Of a stretch of DNA of 64,000 nucleotides, positions 52,301 through 64,000 are shown piece after piece. The position numbers were made by a program, and so were the translations under genes. The notes beneath the pieces were generated by a model, which saw nothing but the letters and a program-made list of their open reading frames with translations, had not been told where the DNA came from and made no database searches. The stretch comes from Lingula anatina (Eukaryota > Animalia > Brachiopoda), in contig CM120646.1 of NCBI GenBank assembly GCA_051362555.1, positions 12,090,001 through 12,154,000 of the forward strand. Reading direction: 5' to 3'. Numbering within the stretch: position 1 is the first letter of the stretch; the number at the start of each line of letters is the position of its first letter.

Positions 52301-55300
52301 CATATCTGATTTTATTCTGGGAAATTTTCTTACCCAAAGCAGACAAGACCACATTGAGGGCACTTGGTCAAGGTCACAGGGTCAATCAAGGTCACAAGGT
52401 CAGTTTCATGGTTCAAGGTAAGGTTAGGTAGGTTTGGTCAGGGGAAATTAATATGACATTCACATTTAGTAATGGGACAGGTTAGGAGCAACGGTGTAGA
52501 ACATCATCATAGAAATTTAATTTATTTCCACTTAGAAATATCTATCAGATCCTCTTCTAACTAGGCATTTATGCATAATAATAAAAATACCATGACATTA
52601 TCATAACCCACTAATTAAACTGTGGTGAAGAAACTGGGCTTAATACTGATATAATATACTTCAATAATTTAACTTTACTTAAACAGGAGTAATTCGGACA
52701 TTACATATAAACCAAAACTTAAATATATGCATATTCATACACACAAAAAACACACATTCTTATGATTATTATGCATTCGGCTGAAATGAATACTGAGCTT
52801 TATAGTTTTAAATTTAACACGTAAAAACTGCACATCCTTGATAGATATTTGCACACACACCTGTACACATACTGGTACCTGTACACACACACGCACACAC
52901 GTGCTGATACATACTTAAACACAAACGTGTTGTAAGCTCACTTACACACTCTTACGAAATTCGAACGTACAAAAAAAAGAACAAAACAAAACAAAACAAA
53001 ACAAAAGAACCATATGCACTAACAAAATAAAACAAAAATCCTGTATAAGCACAATTCTCATCATAAAATAAGTACCACAAAACACAGTTTTCCGATGCCA
53101 AATGTGTATTCTTCAGCAGTATTTGAGCTCATTTATTCTCAACTGCCAGCTGCTTCACCACAGTTATGTTCTGAAGAAGAATAGCTCTGCTATTAATTAG
53201 CCAGCCTATCATGCTCTTTTAAGTGGAGTTTTACTAAGATATCTGGGTTAATCACTTTGCAATTCTGTTATATTGCTTCGTGAGGCTTTTTTCATGTGGA
53301 TTATTATCATGTTTAATTTCTTTTTTTTTCTTTTTGCCAAAAACATTGGAAATAATGTAAAAGATGCTGAATACCTATCCACAATACTTTAGGTAATAAT
53401 TTTGACTGCAATAAAACAAAAATGCTTCTTTGTAAAACCCAACTCAATAAAATGCAAAAGCCACAGAAATGATTTAATTATATATATAGTTACCAAAATC
53501 TAATTAATTTATGCATCTCCTTTACTACTGGCTATTTCTTCCAATACCCATTCTGAACTAATTCTTGGAACACTGGGCTTACCACAAAAATATATTTTTT
53601 TACACTTTTCCAACAATCACAAAGATTCAACAAACGTTGCATTATCTCTGTTCAAAAAATATAAATAAATAAATAAATAAATAAATACCTTCATTTTATT
53701 TTTACATTTGTAAAGCTTCATCCTCTTTGGGTTAGCCCAGTATGTGCCTACCAGAATGCTCGCTTTTACGGCTTATTACACCACTATATTAGTCATTAGC
53801 CTAAAGCAAATAAGAGTATCTTGTTGAAGGTGCACCAGAAACCAGAAAACCACATCTGCCAAACAGTGTCATTCATCTTGCGTCAATAGGATATTTCCAC
53901 TAACATAACCATGCATGATTGTGCATATTCAAGGTGGTATGCCACATTTCTTGATTTTTGCAAATACACAAAATTATTAACAGACATGCCACTAAGTCGA
54001 AGAATTTGCCTTGCTTTTCACAAATATCAGAATCACTTACGTTTAGTTCTTGTAAAAATTCTTTGCTAAATATTTATTTAGAAATATGTTCATATGCATT
54101 TATAAGATGCAAAAATGAAGTTTCACGATGCAATAAAATGTATATTTCTTGCCAAACAAAACTCCATTACTCAAAAGCACAAACTTCATATCTGAAATTC
54201 TGATTTGAAATCATCTAATTTCTTATTTGCACTGCAAAGCTGGTTGGCAATCGCATGGTTTCTGGTGCACCGGATACTTCCCACTACCCATCATGCATCA
54301 ACTGCCATGGCAACCCACCTTCCTCATGTTCCTCATTCCCATGATGCAGCGCTGGTTCATAAGCTGCTTGTTGTTGGATAGCAACTGTTGTCATAGGAAA
54401 CTTTTCGCGAGCTGCCTTTTTTCTGTCCTCCTCAGCTAAAAGAGCTTTATAAATCATCTCTTGTTGCTGTTTGCGCCTAGTTGATGTTGCAGTAACAAAG
54501 GATTTCTGAAATATCAATTGCCATTTTTTGTATTTTAGTGAAGCTGATAGGCTGTTTTAGCCTAAAGCTAAAGAATAAAAATAAAGTTAACCAAGGTAGG
54601 CACTTTAGTCATGAAATGTCACCTTCAATTATTTGCATGGTTTTACTCATATACCTGAAGAAAGCTCTGGTAGAAATCAATACAAACTGCATATCTTTGA
54701 AAAATCTTTACTTGCTTCACACATCTTAAAATATGTGCAGGGTCTCTGAATATACATAATACATCTGTACTGATACAACTTTTTTCTTAAATGTAAAACA
54801 TTGTTTGCCAATTGGTAAGAAAAAAACCAATAAATAAAACTTCATAAGCAGTAACTTCATATAGATTTTGCATAAAAAAAAAACGCTCATCCATTCTATC
54901 AATACCGTTTGATCTTGGTTAATGGTCACTTCCTCCACTTTGGCCTTAAAATGTGGTGTCCAGGGAGGGTCAATGATGATGGCACTGGGCAGTCCAATGG
55001 TTGGAGAGGGCACTGTGAAGTCTATACTGGGAGGGGGTACCTTGAAGCTGACATGAGCACCTTCTTCCAGCCGGCACCATCCTTGGTACCGGAACCTCCA
55101 GAGAGCATGGAACCTGGGATTGGATAAATAAAATGAATGCTTTCTATAAGGTGTTGTGGAAAAAAATGCAGTTGTGTTATTTCTACTGATCACCCTATGC
55201 GGAAGAAAGCAATTACGGATGAAAATTAAAAGACTTTCCACTACTCTGTTCCTCTAGGCTCTAGACAAATTTCAAATTTTAGCACCAGAATCCATCAAAA

Positions 55301-58300
55301 AATATGACCTACTTGAACTGGGGAGACAGTGAGAGAATGATGTACCTTAGAATGGCATTAATTCTTTGTGTGGTATCTTCATGCTGCAGTTCTCTCATCA
55401 TTAGAGCTTCTACCTCATGTTTCACTTTGACAGAGGCAACAAGGACCAATGTGGCTAGAAATGAATTAAATGGATAAGAATTATTTTTATATCAATTAAT
55501 GTTTCCAGATAACAAATGCAAGAGATGGGGTTAAAGCTAGTGTAGTACCATTCATCAACATCTTTGCGTCACATTTGTTCTCTTTCCAAAACACATTTTA
55601 CCATTTTTCCAATCATCCTTCTTTCTTTTGATGTAGAAATTGTAATAGGGTTAAGGGGAGAGAGACTTGTTGTTGAATGTCACAGGAATTTGATTGTAAA
55701 TCCATCAAGATTATCATTCAATCTAAACACTTCCTTTGACACTGTCCTGTCTTGGCCTACCTGCAGCTGCTGCCACCTCCTGGTCACTCTCCAGCAGCAG
55801 TTCCCAGGCAACAGGCAGCATCTCTATGAGGTGTTCCTGTGTTAAGATGGGGACTGACTTGTTCATGATGGCCAAGGGACACTGAGTCAGGTTACGGACC
55901 TGAGAGGAAAAGGCAGAAAAGCTGTCAAATGTACAGACATACAAACAAGACAATGCACAAAATAACATTACATAATGTTTAACAGCACCGGCACCCATCA
56001 ATTTCTTAATTATGCACTACAGGTGACATTGGTATTCAGTAAAGGGGAGAAAACATCATTAGCAATGAACCGAAACATTATAATTAGAAAAATAGAACAG
56101 ATGTATTAATTACAAATCAACAAATGATAATAACCTGTGTACCCGGTACCATGTGAAAACTTATTACTTTTCATAAAAGATACTTGACATTTTACATAGT
56201 TTAAATTGTTAAGCAGTAAATCTTGTGCACAATATTTGTACAAGATATTTGTGAATGAAATTGGAAAACTTCAAAAGTCCAACAATTCAAGTGTGACTTT
56301 TTTTGCCCAATTTTGTATGTGGAGGGGCAATGTCATTGTTTTTGGATGAAATTAAATAAACAACTCACTTGTGTCTTAATATACTTCAGCATGGGTGAAT
56401 CTTGCTTTGGTTTCTTTTCTTTTCTTTCTTTCTCTTCTACCGACTCTGTTTTCATCTTGGCCAGATCAACCTTGATTCGTTCCAGCAATGGCGTACTGTC
56501 GCGACGGCGCAAAGTCGAGGCAGCGCTTGCAGTAGGCATCATGGAAGATTCCTAAGAAGCCATATAAGCAAAATACTGATTATGTATCATAGCTGAATCA
56601 TAAGAAATTATGCAATTCAAAATTTCTTATACTACTTGAGAACGTACATTTGGCTAACTTGCACTCATCAGCTAATTAACCACAATCTAAATCTTTGAGC
56701 TGGAATGGGGTTTCTTTTTCAAACTTGCTGTTTGCTGATGCTGATGAAGTTAGTATAATATTCAATCTGCAGCAATATTGTTACATGTATACATACATAA
56801 TACATACATAAGATAAAACTATCATACACACAAGGGGCCGTCTTAACCTTAACTGTACCATTTACTCTGCTGTGAAAAAAGGGTGTGCTGAAAGGCTTAA
56901 TTATTCATCTTTATTTTTTTTCAGAAAAAAAAAGATTTGACACTAACTGCAATGAACAGTAGAAGCACATCAATTTGGTATGTGTATAATACAATGCACA
57001 CAATTTCACTACACGCCTTGTGCAATTCCATATTATCAATATGATATGATATTATCAATATGACACTTTCACTATTGGTAAAAAATTATTCAGGACTAAG
57101 TTTTGTAGTCTATTGCTATATCAGTTTACCAGGGTATCATACTATGGTAGCAAATACTTTTAACACCTGGAAAAATAAGAACTAGCAAATAAGCACATCA
57201 CTAAGCTTAGCTACCCCTTACGGTACAAAGCATTTGTAATGGCTGGATTCTAGAGTGCTTCAATCATCCTCCAAGGTAAAAATATTTATAAAGAAGAAAA
57301 AAAGAACAATGAAGCTAAAATGAACGAACCCTGCCAAATAACAATATTGCTAGGTCCTATGGTGAAAAAAATTTGTTTCAAATTGTATTTCTGAAAAAAT
57401 AAGTTATTGTTGAATATTTCTGGTATGGATATATGGATCACTTTTAAAATGTTATAGACACCTTTTTACATAAAGAATGGTGTAAAATTAATGACAATAA
57501 AATTTAAAAAAAACATACATAAGAGATTTAAAAGAGGCAAAAAACAACTTTTAATCACCTATATGAAATTCAGATGATAATATTGCAAGGAGTAGAGTCA
57601 AAAATCAAATGATGTAAAATAAGAGCAAAGTTGTCGTAAGATTGCACAAAAGAAAGGGAAACTTTCACCAGACTACAACCTAGAAGCCAATGGAGGAGCT
57701 AGAAATGGCAGTTCAACCAGACCTATTAGCTCAACATCTGGTACTTCAGTCTAATATTTCTCCCCCTTCCATACCCCACCCACCCATCTCTTTCTTTCTT
57801 GGATATGGCCATTTCTAACCCCGAAAACAGATATGGGACCTGAAAAGGGCAACTCCCACCTGAAGAAATAAAGGAATGATGTTGAAAGGACAGTACTTCT
57901 GATATTTTGAAAGACCACCACTACCTGATTTTGATCCACTTATAGTCACCTAAACTAAAGCAACCCTAAAGCAAAATTAAGTCCACAGCAGAAATAAGTC
58001 CCACACACCACAAGTATATAATATTTAGGTTGACTTATGTCATTACTAAACAGTCAACATAATTTGAGCATTTAAAGTAAAGTGTCCTACTCATGAGATG
58101 AGCACACAGAAAATATCAGGAAAGCATAAAGTACTGGCAAGCCAATAAAGTATTGGAAACAGAAAAAATTGAGCAAAATACACAAAAATGCTGTTAGTTA
58201 ATCCATCAAGGCTAATGTAACACTTCTATCCAAAAAAAAAAAAAAAAAAGGTATAAAATGGATGCATTCAGAGAAGACTTATTGGACTGGCTCCTATAAA

Positions 58301-61148
58301 GTTGTGTTAAGATAAGGGATATTTTAGACCAAAAATTTCGTTTCTTTTAAATTTGGTTTCCTGATAATAAACATCAGGCAGGTCACCTTTCGATCTTAAG
58401 AGGCCCTGTCTGAACACACCTTTCAACCTTAATGTACTTTAAGTTTTATCTGAATAAGTCAAGTGTGAGTGCATCCACAAAGTGCAGTACAAACAAGTTA
58501 CCTGTGGATCGAATAATGGAGGTTGGACGTCATTCTAAATTAAAAGGAAAGCAAATTGTGCAGCATATTCAGCATACTTGGGTATGATGCAGTGCACTGC
58601 ATTTAAGGCAATTTGGCTGGGACTGTGAAAGCATGTTATATGTACTTGGCATGTTGTTAAGGTGTCAGAAATTCATCATCATCATCATCATCTATGAGGG
58701 CATTCGCAACAGATGATCCTTGGATCTACTAACCCGTGGATCAAAGATTGGTGGTCCCTGCATGAAAGCAGAGCTAACTTATCAGCTGATGGTCTCCCCA
58801 CTACTCACATACCACTGAATGGATTAAATCACGGCTCCCGAGGTTTAATTGCCAGACCCCCCCCCCCAGGACCGTCAGCAGATTAGTCAGCTCTGCTTTC
58901 ATGTAGGGTCTGTCATATTTGATTCAGAGATCATAAGATCCGAGGATAATCTGTCGTGAATACCCTCTATCATGTGGCAAGGTGTTAGTTGTGTTAACAC
59001 GTGTGTTAGTTGAGATGAGCCTATGTAGCTCAGAGATGAGCTCATGGTGCCAATTGTGATAAAACACTACGCATATAAGTAGTGATATGACAAAGTGTGA
59101 TGGAGCAGTGTGTTGGCTGTAAAGTGGCATTGTGTTAGTTGTGAAGTGACATTGTGTTAGCTGTGTAGTGACATTGTGTTAGTTGTCAAGTGACATTGTG
59201 TTAGTTGTGAAGTAATATTGTGTTAGTTGTGAAGTGACATTGTGTTAGCTGTATAGTGCCATTGTGTTAGTTGTCAAGTGACATTGTGTTAAGTGTCAAG
59301 TGACATTGTGTTAGTTGTGAAGTGACATTGTGTTAGGTGTCAAAAGACATTGTGTTAGTTTTCATGCAATACTGAGTTAATTGTAGAGTGGATTGAATTA
59401 TTTGTACTCTGACAGTGTTAGTTGTCATGTGACGTGTAAGTTGCATGGTGGCATCATGTTAGTTGTGAAATAGCATTCTGTTAATTATATGGTGGCAATG
59501 TGTTAGTTGTCAAGTAGCATGGTTTAAGTTGTATATCACAGTTACTGTAGCAATGGTTAAGTAGTGATGACTAAAGCAAAATGTGCAACATTCACATTAT
59601 AACAAGGTGAAATATGGTGCATTTTTTAATAAAGATCTCATTCCATTCTAAAATATTATATACAACTTTCTGCTCAATATTTCTCTGCAGTTCTTTTTCT
59701 TTTCAATACGAGAACTGAGCTTCTTGTTTTTTTTTTCCGACTTTCATCAAAATGTTATGCACACAACACTATGTGGCAAGCTGCAGTATTGCATGCTGTC
59801 TCTTACAACACAGTAAACATGCTACTACAATATATGAATGCACTTTGACAATGTTACAGCAATACAAAACTTGACAGTGCTATGATTTGTTAGAAATGGT
59901 TATTTTAATCATGCAAATGACAACCTGAATAAGCCACATCAAAAATGAATAATAATAAAAAAAAAAACAATGTATTTGATAGTCAACTTTCCAAATTCAA
60001 ATTTTCAATATGCTCATTAAATGGCATATCATAACATAACTTGTTGTTTTTAACATAGTGAAGTCTCCTTGTAGCAAGCAATGAATCCAATGTAATTGTA
60101 GATTTCAGATTTCTCTTCTTGATGAGCAAACTTAATAATTTTTTAAAAATTACAATGTAAAAAAGAAGTAACAGCAATCCATTTAAATATCAATATGAAA
60201 TTCTGCAGAGATGATATTGTCAAGGAATCGAAAATATTGTGAAATCCACAATAAATTAAAGGCTCAAATCTTTTGATAACTCTGAAAGCTGAATTTGCAG
60301 AAAGAAAAAAAATGAATTTATATATTTTATTTTAAAAATTTCATGTGTTTCCTAATGCAAGCATTATTGTGACACTTCCAGGCTTTATTCAGGTTGCAGT
60401 TCACAATGACTCACAATTTTCTGGGCTCCTGTTTCACAAGTCAACTATGTTTTAATAAACACACTCATCCTTGGTCTAAATACAAAAAAAAAAAAAAATC
60501 AACTTTTGAGTTAAGACGAACTATTAGCTGAAGTTTGTTTGTAAAACAGGACCCAGTGTGATATTTAGCGTGCAGTTAATATATTAATAACAAGACTTGT
60601 TATCTCACTTCATCCACCTACCCTACGTCGAGCCAATCTATCTTTAAACATGTCCTTGGTTGGACGTGCAGTGGGCAAAGTGACCTCCACCTTTTCATTT
60701 TCCTTGACCTCCGCTGGCTTGTCCGACTCATCACTCTCATAGACACGTTGTACAGCATTCATGAGGCGTATGCAGCTGCGACGTTGGCGCTCAAAGCAGT
60801 ACATATGGCAGAATCCCTGGTGCTCGCAGATGTAGTTCGACTGGTTGGCCAGCCTGATAACAACCTGAAAAGTTCACTTCTAATCTTTATCCGTTCATTT
60901 AATTTTTTTTTTTATGTGCTGTCAGCCATCTTCATAAGCTGAGCTTATACTTGGGCCATATTTCTCTTGCAGAAAAACTGGATAAGCCCAAACATTACCT
61001 TAAACTAAATCAATAAAGTAATACAACTGAAAAAATTATCATGATCCTTGGCAGAATGTGTTTAATATCTGAAATCTGAGCAGACTTACAGTCCCAAATA
61101 GTGAAAAGTGACTGCAGTGATCAAAAGTACAGTAACCAAGTCCAAATT

Positions 61149-61191
<43 letters not shown>

Positions 61192-63923
61192 CAGCTTTGG
61201 CTTGACTACTACAGACACAAGTAGTGATGGCTAGATGTCTAGAATTTCTGTCTGTACACAAAAAAAAGCCCTTTTGAACAAAATTCATGACCCCCTCCAC
61301 TGTCTTAATGATCTTACTTTTAACCAAGGCATATCAAGGCTGTAGTTTTGCTGCTCTGCCTCTTCCAGAACATCATCTTCTAACTCCTCAACATTGATAT
61401 CAGTGCATTCATCCTCCTCTGTGGACTTGGTAGATTCTGTAGTGCTCACTTTTCTTCTGCGTGAGCTCCCACGCCTCTTGACACCTACGTCAAATACAAT
61501 GACACGAAAAGGTAACTTGTGAATTAGATACTTTTTTGTGTTAATTTTAGTGAAGTACGGTAAGGACTCAGTCTTTTCAATGGGGCAAAATTGTCAATCT
61601 TTCTAAAAAAATTTTTTTGAATGATTATAAATATATTTCTGTGTAACTTTTATGGTGTTTATTACTGAATAGAAAAAGAACTTTAGGTAGCCTATTTCCT
61701 AACTTGGTTGCATCCACTCATTATAAATGTTCTAATTTTAAGAATATATAACTCGAAAAAATACAGCAACATAAAAATTAATAATTTTCCCCATTAAAAA
61801 GATTGTCATTACCATAAGTAAATGACAAGGTGTGTCAATTTTTTTTTTGCCCTGCTTTTAAGGAGAGGTTAAGAATGGGGGTAGGGGAGGAGTGTTGTGG
61901 GGGAGGGGGGGGGACTTCAAGTCTCATCTTACACCAGACTATCAGGAATTCATTAATCAAATAAATCAGAAGTTAAAATCATTTTTAAAAATTGTCTATT
62001 CTGCTCACAACTGGATGTCTTAAACTAATGTTTTTGATAGACTTATATGATAACAACTCACTCCCATCCTCATGTGGCTTCAGTTTGATACTCCTGTTGT
62101 GCTCGAATCTCTTGATAGAACTCTGGGCTCCAATCCCTTTCTTAGGCTTTCTCAGCAATTTCTTACCCTGGGAGGCTCTACGGCCTGAAGATAATAAAAT
62201 CATGGTAACTAGCTACTCAAGTTTGCACAAATTTAGAAAAAACAAATTGTGCATGAAACAAGAAATAATTTTAAACAAACAACAATTTGGGGAAAAGTGC
62301 CATGAATATAATCACAATACGTGCATTGAAATTCTAACACTTTTTTAAGGCTGAAATTAAGAAAATCTAGTATTTTAATAATTCTTTTGTAAGGTTTAAT
62401 TCTCATTTTTGGCTTTGCTTTGCTAAGTATTTTATAGTATTCTTGTTACATAAGTATATGAATTATATTTTCTATTTCACATTGTCAAAATGTACTAATA
62501 CCAACATTAAAAATAATGAATAACATGTTTTTACTTAACATTTTTATACTCCTCACTTTTTCTTATATCTAACTAATTTCAAAATTTGTTTCTAAGACAT
62601 GCAAAACAATATACTCTCTGACAGGAAGCCAACCAACTTTTCAAAACTTTTGAATCACCATTTTTAAACAATTATTTTATGAGAAAAATAAGAATTCATG
62701 TTGTTCAAATTTTTCACCGAGTAATTTTAAATATAAATAAACCTTGATCACTAGGGAAAGGCCTTACCTCTCTTCTCATCATCGGGTCCCATTGATATTG
62801 ACAGGTTAGAAGCACTGCTGCGATCTGAGTCAGACTTGTCGTGAGCATAAACTGCAAAACTGATCTTGCGATCAGATGGACTTGTACTGAGGTAGTCACT
62901 CCCACCTGGAAGAAATGTTCCCTCACATAATATAATGTTTATAAGATTTATGCTTAAATTTCCAATTATTTTGACAAATACATCTAAATGAATTAAAAAA
63001 TATATATATAACATTTCCCAACAATATCAGCTTGTCGGTGCCATCTAAAAGCCAATATGGTTGGAAAATGTTCAAGTAACCCAAGTGAAAAATATATTTC
63101 TGATACTTCTGCAAAATGTTACGACAGAGTACATTTACCATAGTATAAAATACCAATTAAAGCTCTATATGTAGTCTATATGTTATTTTGTTTCTTGAAG
63201 TTCCTACCATGTGGACTCTCCGCCAGCTGAACAGATGACACGCTCTTCTGGGAGTGGTTTGGGCTCCCCATGTGATGACTGCCACTCCAGCGCCGCCCTA
63301 TGCTTTTGTCCCACTCTGTGTCGCGATGGTGCTGACGCGAGCGTGGCAGGAACTGGTAGGTCTCACGTAAGAAGGTGGTTATTTCAACCAGAACTTGACA
63401 GGCCAGCATCTTGAGTGCGTAGGGGCAGTCCATGCCAGTAGGATTTACAACAGCTGAATTTTATATGATCAAATTTTAAATTTTAATTCAAACCTCAACT
63501 AAATAAAATTAAATAATCCCCTTTTGAAGTTTGCAAAAATCATGCGAAATCCAGTTGTATAACTATAAATTTTTTTTAATTTTATATTCTGGGTTTTACA
63601 AGCTTAGTGAGCCAGACTTGCCAAAGAAATTTCAAAGAACATGTTTATGTACTTTTGATAATGAAAAGTAAAGTAAAGATATAAAATTCAAAAGTAAATC
63701 TTGAAATCATTAAATTGTTATCTGGAATATGAAGTTCACTAAACTTCTGTGTTTTTATTCTGAGATATGAGCATCTCTCTTCCTTACTTTCATCTAGAAA
63801 ATCCTCCTCCTGGTCATTGTTCCTCAGCTCTTGTTTCACTTTTTCATCTTTGATTTCTTTGATCAGGGTGTACACGTCCACATTCTCGGCACTTATCAGC
63901 GCTTCCAGCCGGTTGCCTAATGC
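19552..63923 (-). CDS. unc80: Protein unc-80 homolog (NALCN channel complex subunit); 5' end lies beyond the right edge
   Basis: 46 phase-consistent exons: 63923-63788, 63453-63208, 62905-62768, 62184-62062, 61484-61318, 60864-60622, 56551-56369, 55899-55761, 55454-55346, 55113-54906, 54505-54319, 52176-52015, 48581-48441, 47973-47786, 47356-47273, 47104-47036, 46809-46711, 46289-46193, 46062-45941, 42500-42411, 42206-41869, 41581-41452, 41155-41090, 40716-40609, 40208-40098, 39876-39728, 39233-39117, 38636-38432, 38192-38113, 37935-37772, 37347-37292, 36967-36815, 36448-36328, 35974-35756, 35543-35448, 34923-34835, 34566-34404, 32594-32445, 31287-31123, 30552-30409, 26659-26312, 25243-24965, 21467-21229, 20862-20754, 20478-20270, 19878-19552 (stop). 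Recognisable UNC80 blocks: CLVEDPALFLRHFLEK, HILFNYLVG, FFKDLKQTLKKEQCE, IPSQLPVHEDTQF, YVRDFYFFKR, LPSFPRKALEAEF, LHRKPFVLQMFGS, RLAEIAHTLLKLAPYDP. Confidence 0.95.
22285..23760. repeat. ~30-bp minisatellite (GCAATATCACAATCCAATGATATCACTCCWAG-like) split by the Harbinger element
   Basis: About 3 degenerate units at 22285-22369 and about 10 units at 23445-23760. Explains the periodic spurious ORFs such as CDIALGVISLD. Confidence 0.8.
22370..23444. mobile_element. Non-autonomous PIF/Harbinger-type DNA transposon (1075 bp) in an unc80 intron
   Basis: ~35-bp TIRs GGCCACACTTTTTTTAATTTTATGGATGACGTCCT / AGGATGTCATCCATAAAAATAAAAAAGTGTGGCC; TAA target-site duplication at 22367-22369 and 23445-23447; no recognisable transposase ORF. 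Confidence 0.8.
25931..25982. repeat. 22-bp inverted repeat (1 mismatch), 8-nt loop
   Basis: AAACTGGCTTGGAAATGGAATT-cagagccc-AATTCCATTTCCAAACCAGTTT. Confidence 0.9.
28236..28885. repeat. ~300-bp tandem duplication in an unc80 intron
   Basis: AGACTGC..TTTTAGTCC..ATGGTCATCATGG..TGATGCAATATTACA..AACAGCATAATGAC..GTATCATGGAT repeated at a 300-bp spacing. Confidence 0.8.
28899..29699. mobile_element. Helentron-associated (HINE/pearl-like) non-autonomous element
   Basis: Internal ~160-bp tandem units containing GAACTTGACCTG (29295-29365, 29455-29525), a GACGGC/GAC microsatellite (29605-29652), and a terminal 14-bp stem-loop TATGTACAGACACA-tc-TGTGTCTGTACATA followed by an A-run. The left end is approximate. 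Confidence 0.55.
30577..30666. repeat. Perfect 38-bp inverted repeat with a 14-nt loop
   Basis: TGTTTTTAAGATTCTGAACACCACCAAGAAGCAGCATG and its exact reverse complement at 30629-30666. Confidence 0.95.
34168..34197 (-). CDS. unc80: Candidate 30-nt unc80 microexon (DHHHHHHYRR)
   Basis: tctctgcag|ATCATCATCATCACCATCATTATAGGAGAG|gtatgg; phase 1->1, matching the flanking exons. Confidence 0.55.
36637..36714. repeat. 26-bp inverted repeat (1 mismatch), 26-nt loop
   Basis: GATGTCTGGCACACCTACTGAAGCTG / CAGCTTCAGTAGGTGTGCCAGGCATC. Confidence 0.9.
36972..37023. repeat. (AAT)n microsatellite abutting an unc80 splice acceptor
   Basis: Read directly from the sequence; source of the spurious poly-L and poly-I ORFs. 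Confidence 0.95.
40418..40576. mobile_element. MITE family B, copy 3 (unc80 intron)
   Basis: GACCAGGGCTCCATAACTC...GAGTTACGGAGCCCTGGTC inverted termini; internal GGAATAGAGACGCTTGCGC shared with the other copies. Confidence 0.75.
44477..44689. mobile_element. MITE family A, copy 3 (unc80 intron)
   Basis: CCCCATTTCCATAGATTAGATCGACC...GATAGATCGATCTAAAATCTATGGGAATAGAGCC; closely similar to copy 2. Confidence 0.75.
44728..44795 (-). CDS. unc80: Candidate alternative (mutually exclusive) unc80 exon, paralogous to exon 46062-45941
   Basis: Long pyrimidine tract plus CAG acceptor, donor AAG|gtagtg, phase 1->0 like exon 46062-45941. Encodes (K)IYPELAMVRLDTQKAFSALQHK versus NQYPQLSMVHMNPNDAYGKLQMQ. 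Confidence 0.6.
47410..47577. mobile_element. Degenerate MITE in an unc80 intron
   Basis: GGGTAGCGCTAACA / TGCTAGCACTACCC termini, with internal TTAGCCAAAT / ATTTGGCTAA subterminal repeats. Confidence 0.5.
58502..58534 (-). CDS. unc80: Candidate 33-nt unc80 microexon (NDVQPPLFDPQ)
   Basis: ttgctttccttttaatttag|AATGAC...CCACAG|gtaact; phase 0->0, matching the flanking exons, no stop. Confidence 0.55.
58756..58908. mobile_element. Small foldback/MITE with ~40-bp imperfect TIRs
   Basis: CCCTGCATGAAAGCAGAGCTAACT..AGCTGATGGTC / GACCGTCAGC..AGTCAGCTCTGCTTTCATGTAGGG. Confidence 0.6.
59127..59530. repeat. 22-bp minisatellite (GTGACATTGTGTTAGTTGTGAA)n
   Basis: About 10 well-conserved units at 59127-59360, decaying to ~59530; no unique spacers. 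Confidence 0.9.
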
Positions 63924-64000
63924 CTAAAAACATTGGAAAAGTTGAAAAGTATTTCCTTCAGATGAGGTCTCATTTTAATAGAAATTAGCCCTTTGGGCTT

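Noticed and set aside
52240-52440. Cluster of AGGTCA nuclear-receptor half-sites
   Set aside because: It resembles the TGACCT-rich degenerate repeats seen elsewhere in the window (43335-43362, 29350); I cannot distinguish it from a TE remnant.
53147-53170. 24-nt microexon EHNCGEAA
   Set aside because: The acceptor is good, but it would need a non-consensus GC donor (gcagtt), and read-through hits TGA.
59127-59530. Regular 22-bp repeat array as a CRISPR
   Set aside because: Units are head-to-tail with no unique spacers and no cas genes, inside a eukaryotic intron; it is a minisatellite.

Overview
AT-rich, intron-rich animal genomic DNA. The microsatellites, MITEs and TGACCT-type repeats suggest a marine invertebrate, probably lophotrochozoan (inference). 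I reconstructed three spliced genes by hand, all on the minus strand. (1) The first four coding exons (N-terminal part of the KS domain) of a type I polyketide synthase, 76-2179, running off the left edge. (2) A complete 9-coding-exon, ~302-aa four-TM MS4A/CD20-like gene, 9389-14606, almost invisible in the ORF track. (3) The 3' ~46 exons of unc80 (NALCN channelosome subunit), 19552 to >63923. The unc80 introns hold a likely duplicated mutually exclusive exon, frame-preserving microexons (one encoding His6), a GC-AG intron, near-perfect hairpins, a Harbinger-type element inserted in a minisatellite, and several MITEs. The PKS/MS4A region is CpG-retaining and rich in bZIP (D-box/C/EBP-like) sites, and it has a possible antisense promoter. 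Most short ORFs in the track are spurious. Exon boundaries were read by eye and have no transcript support.
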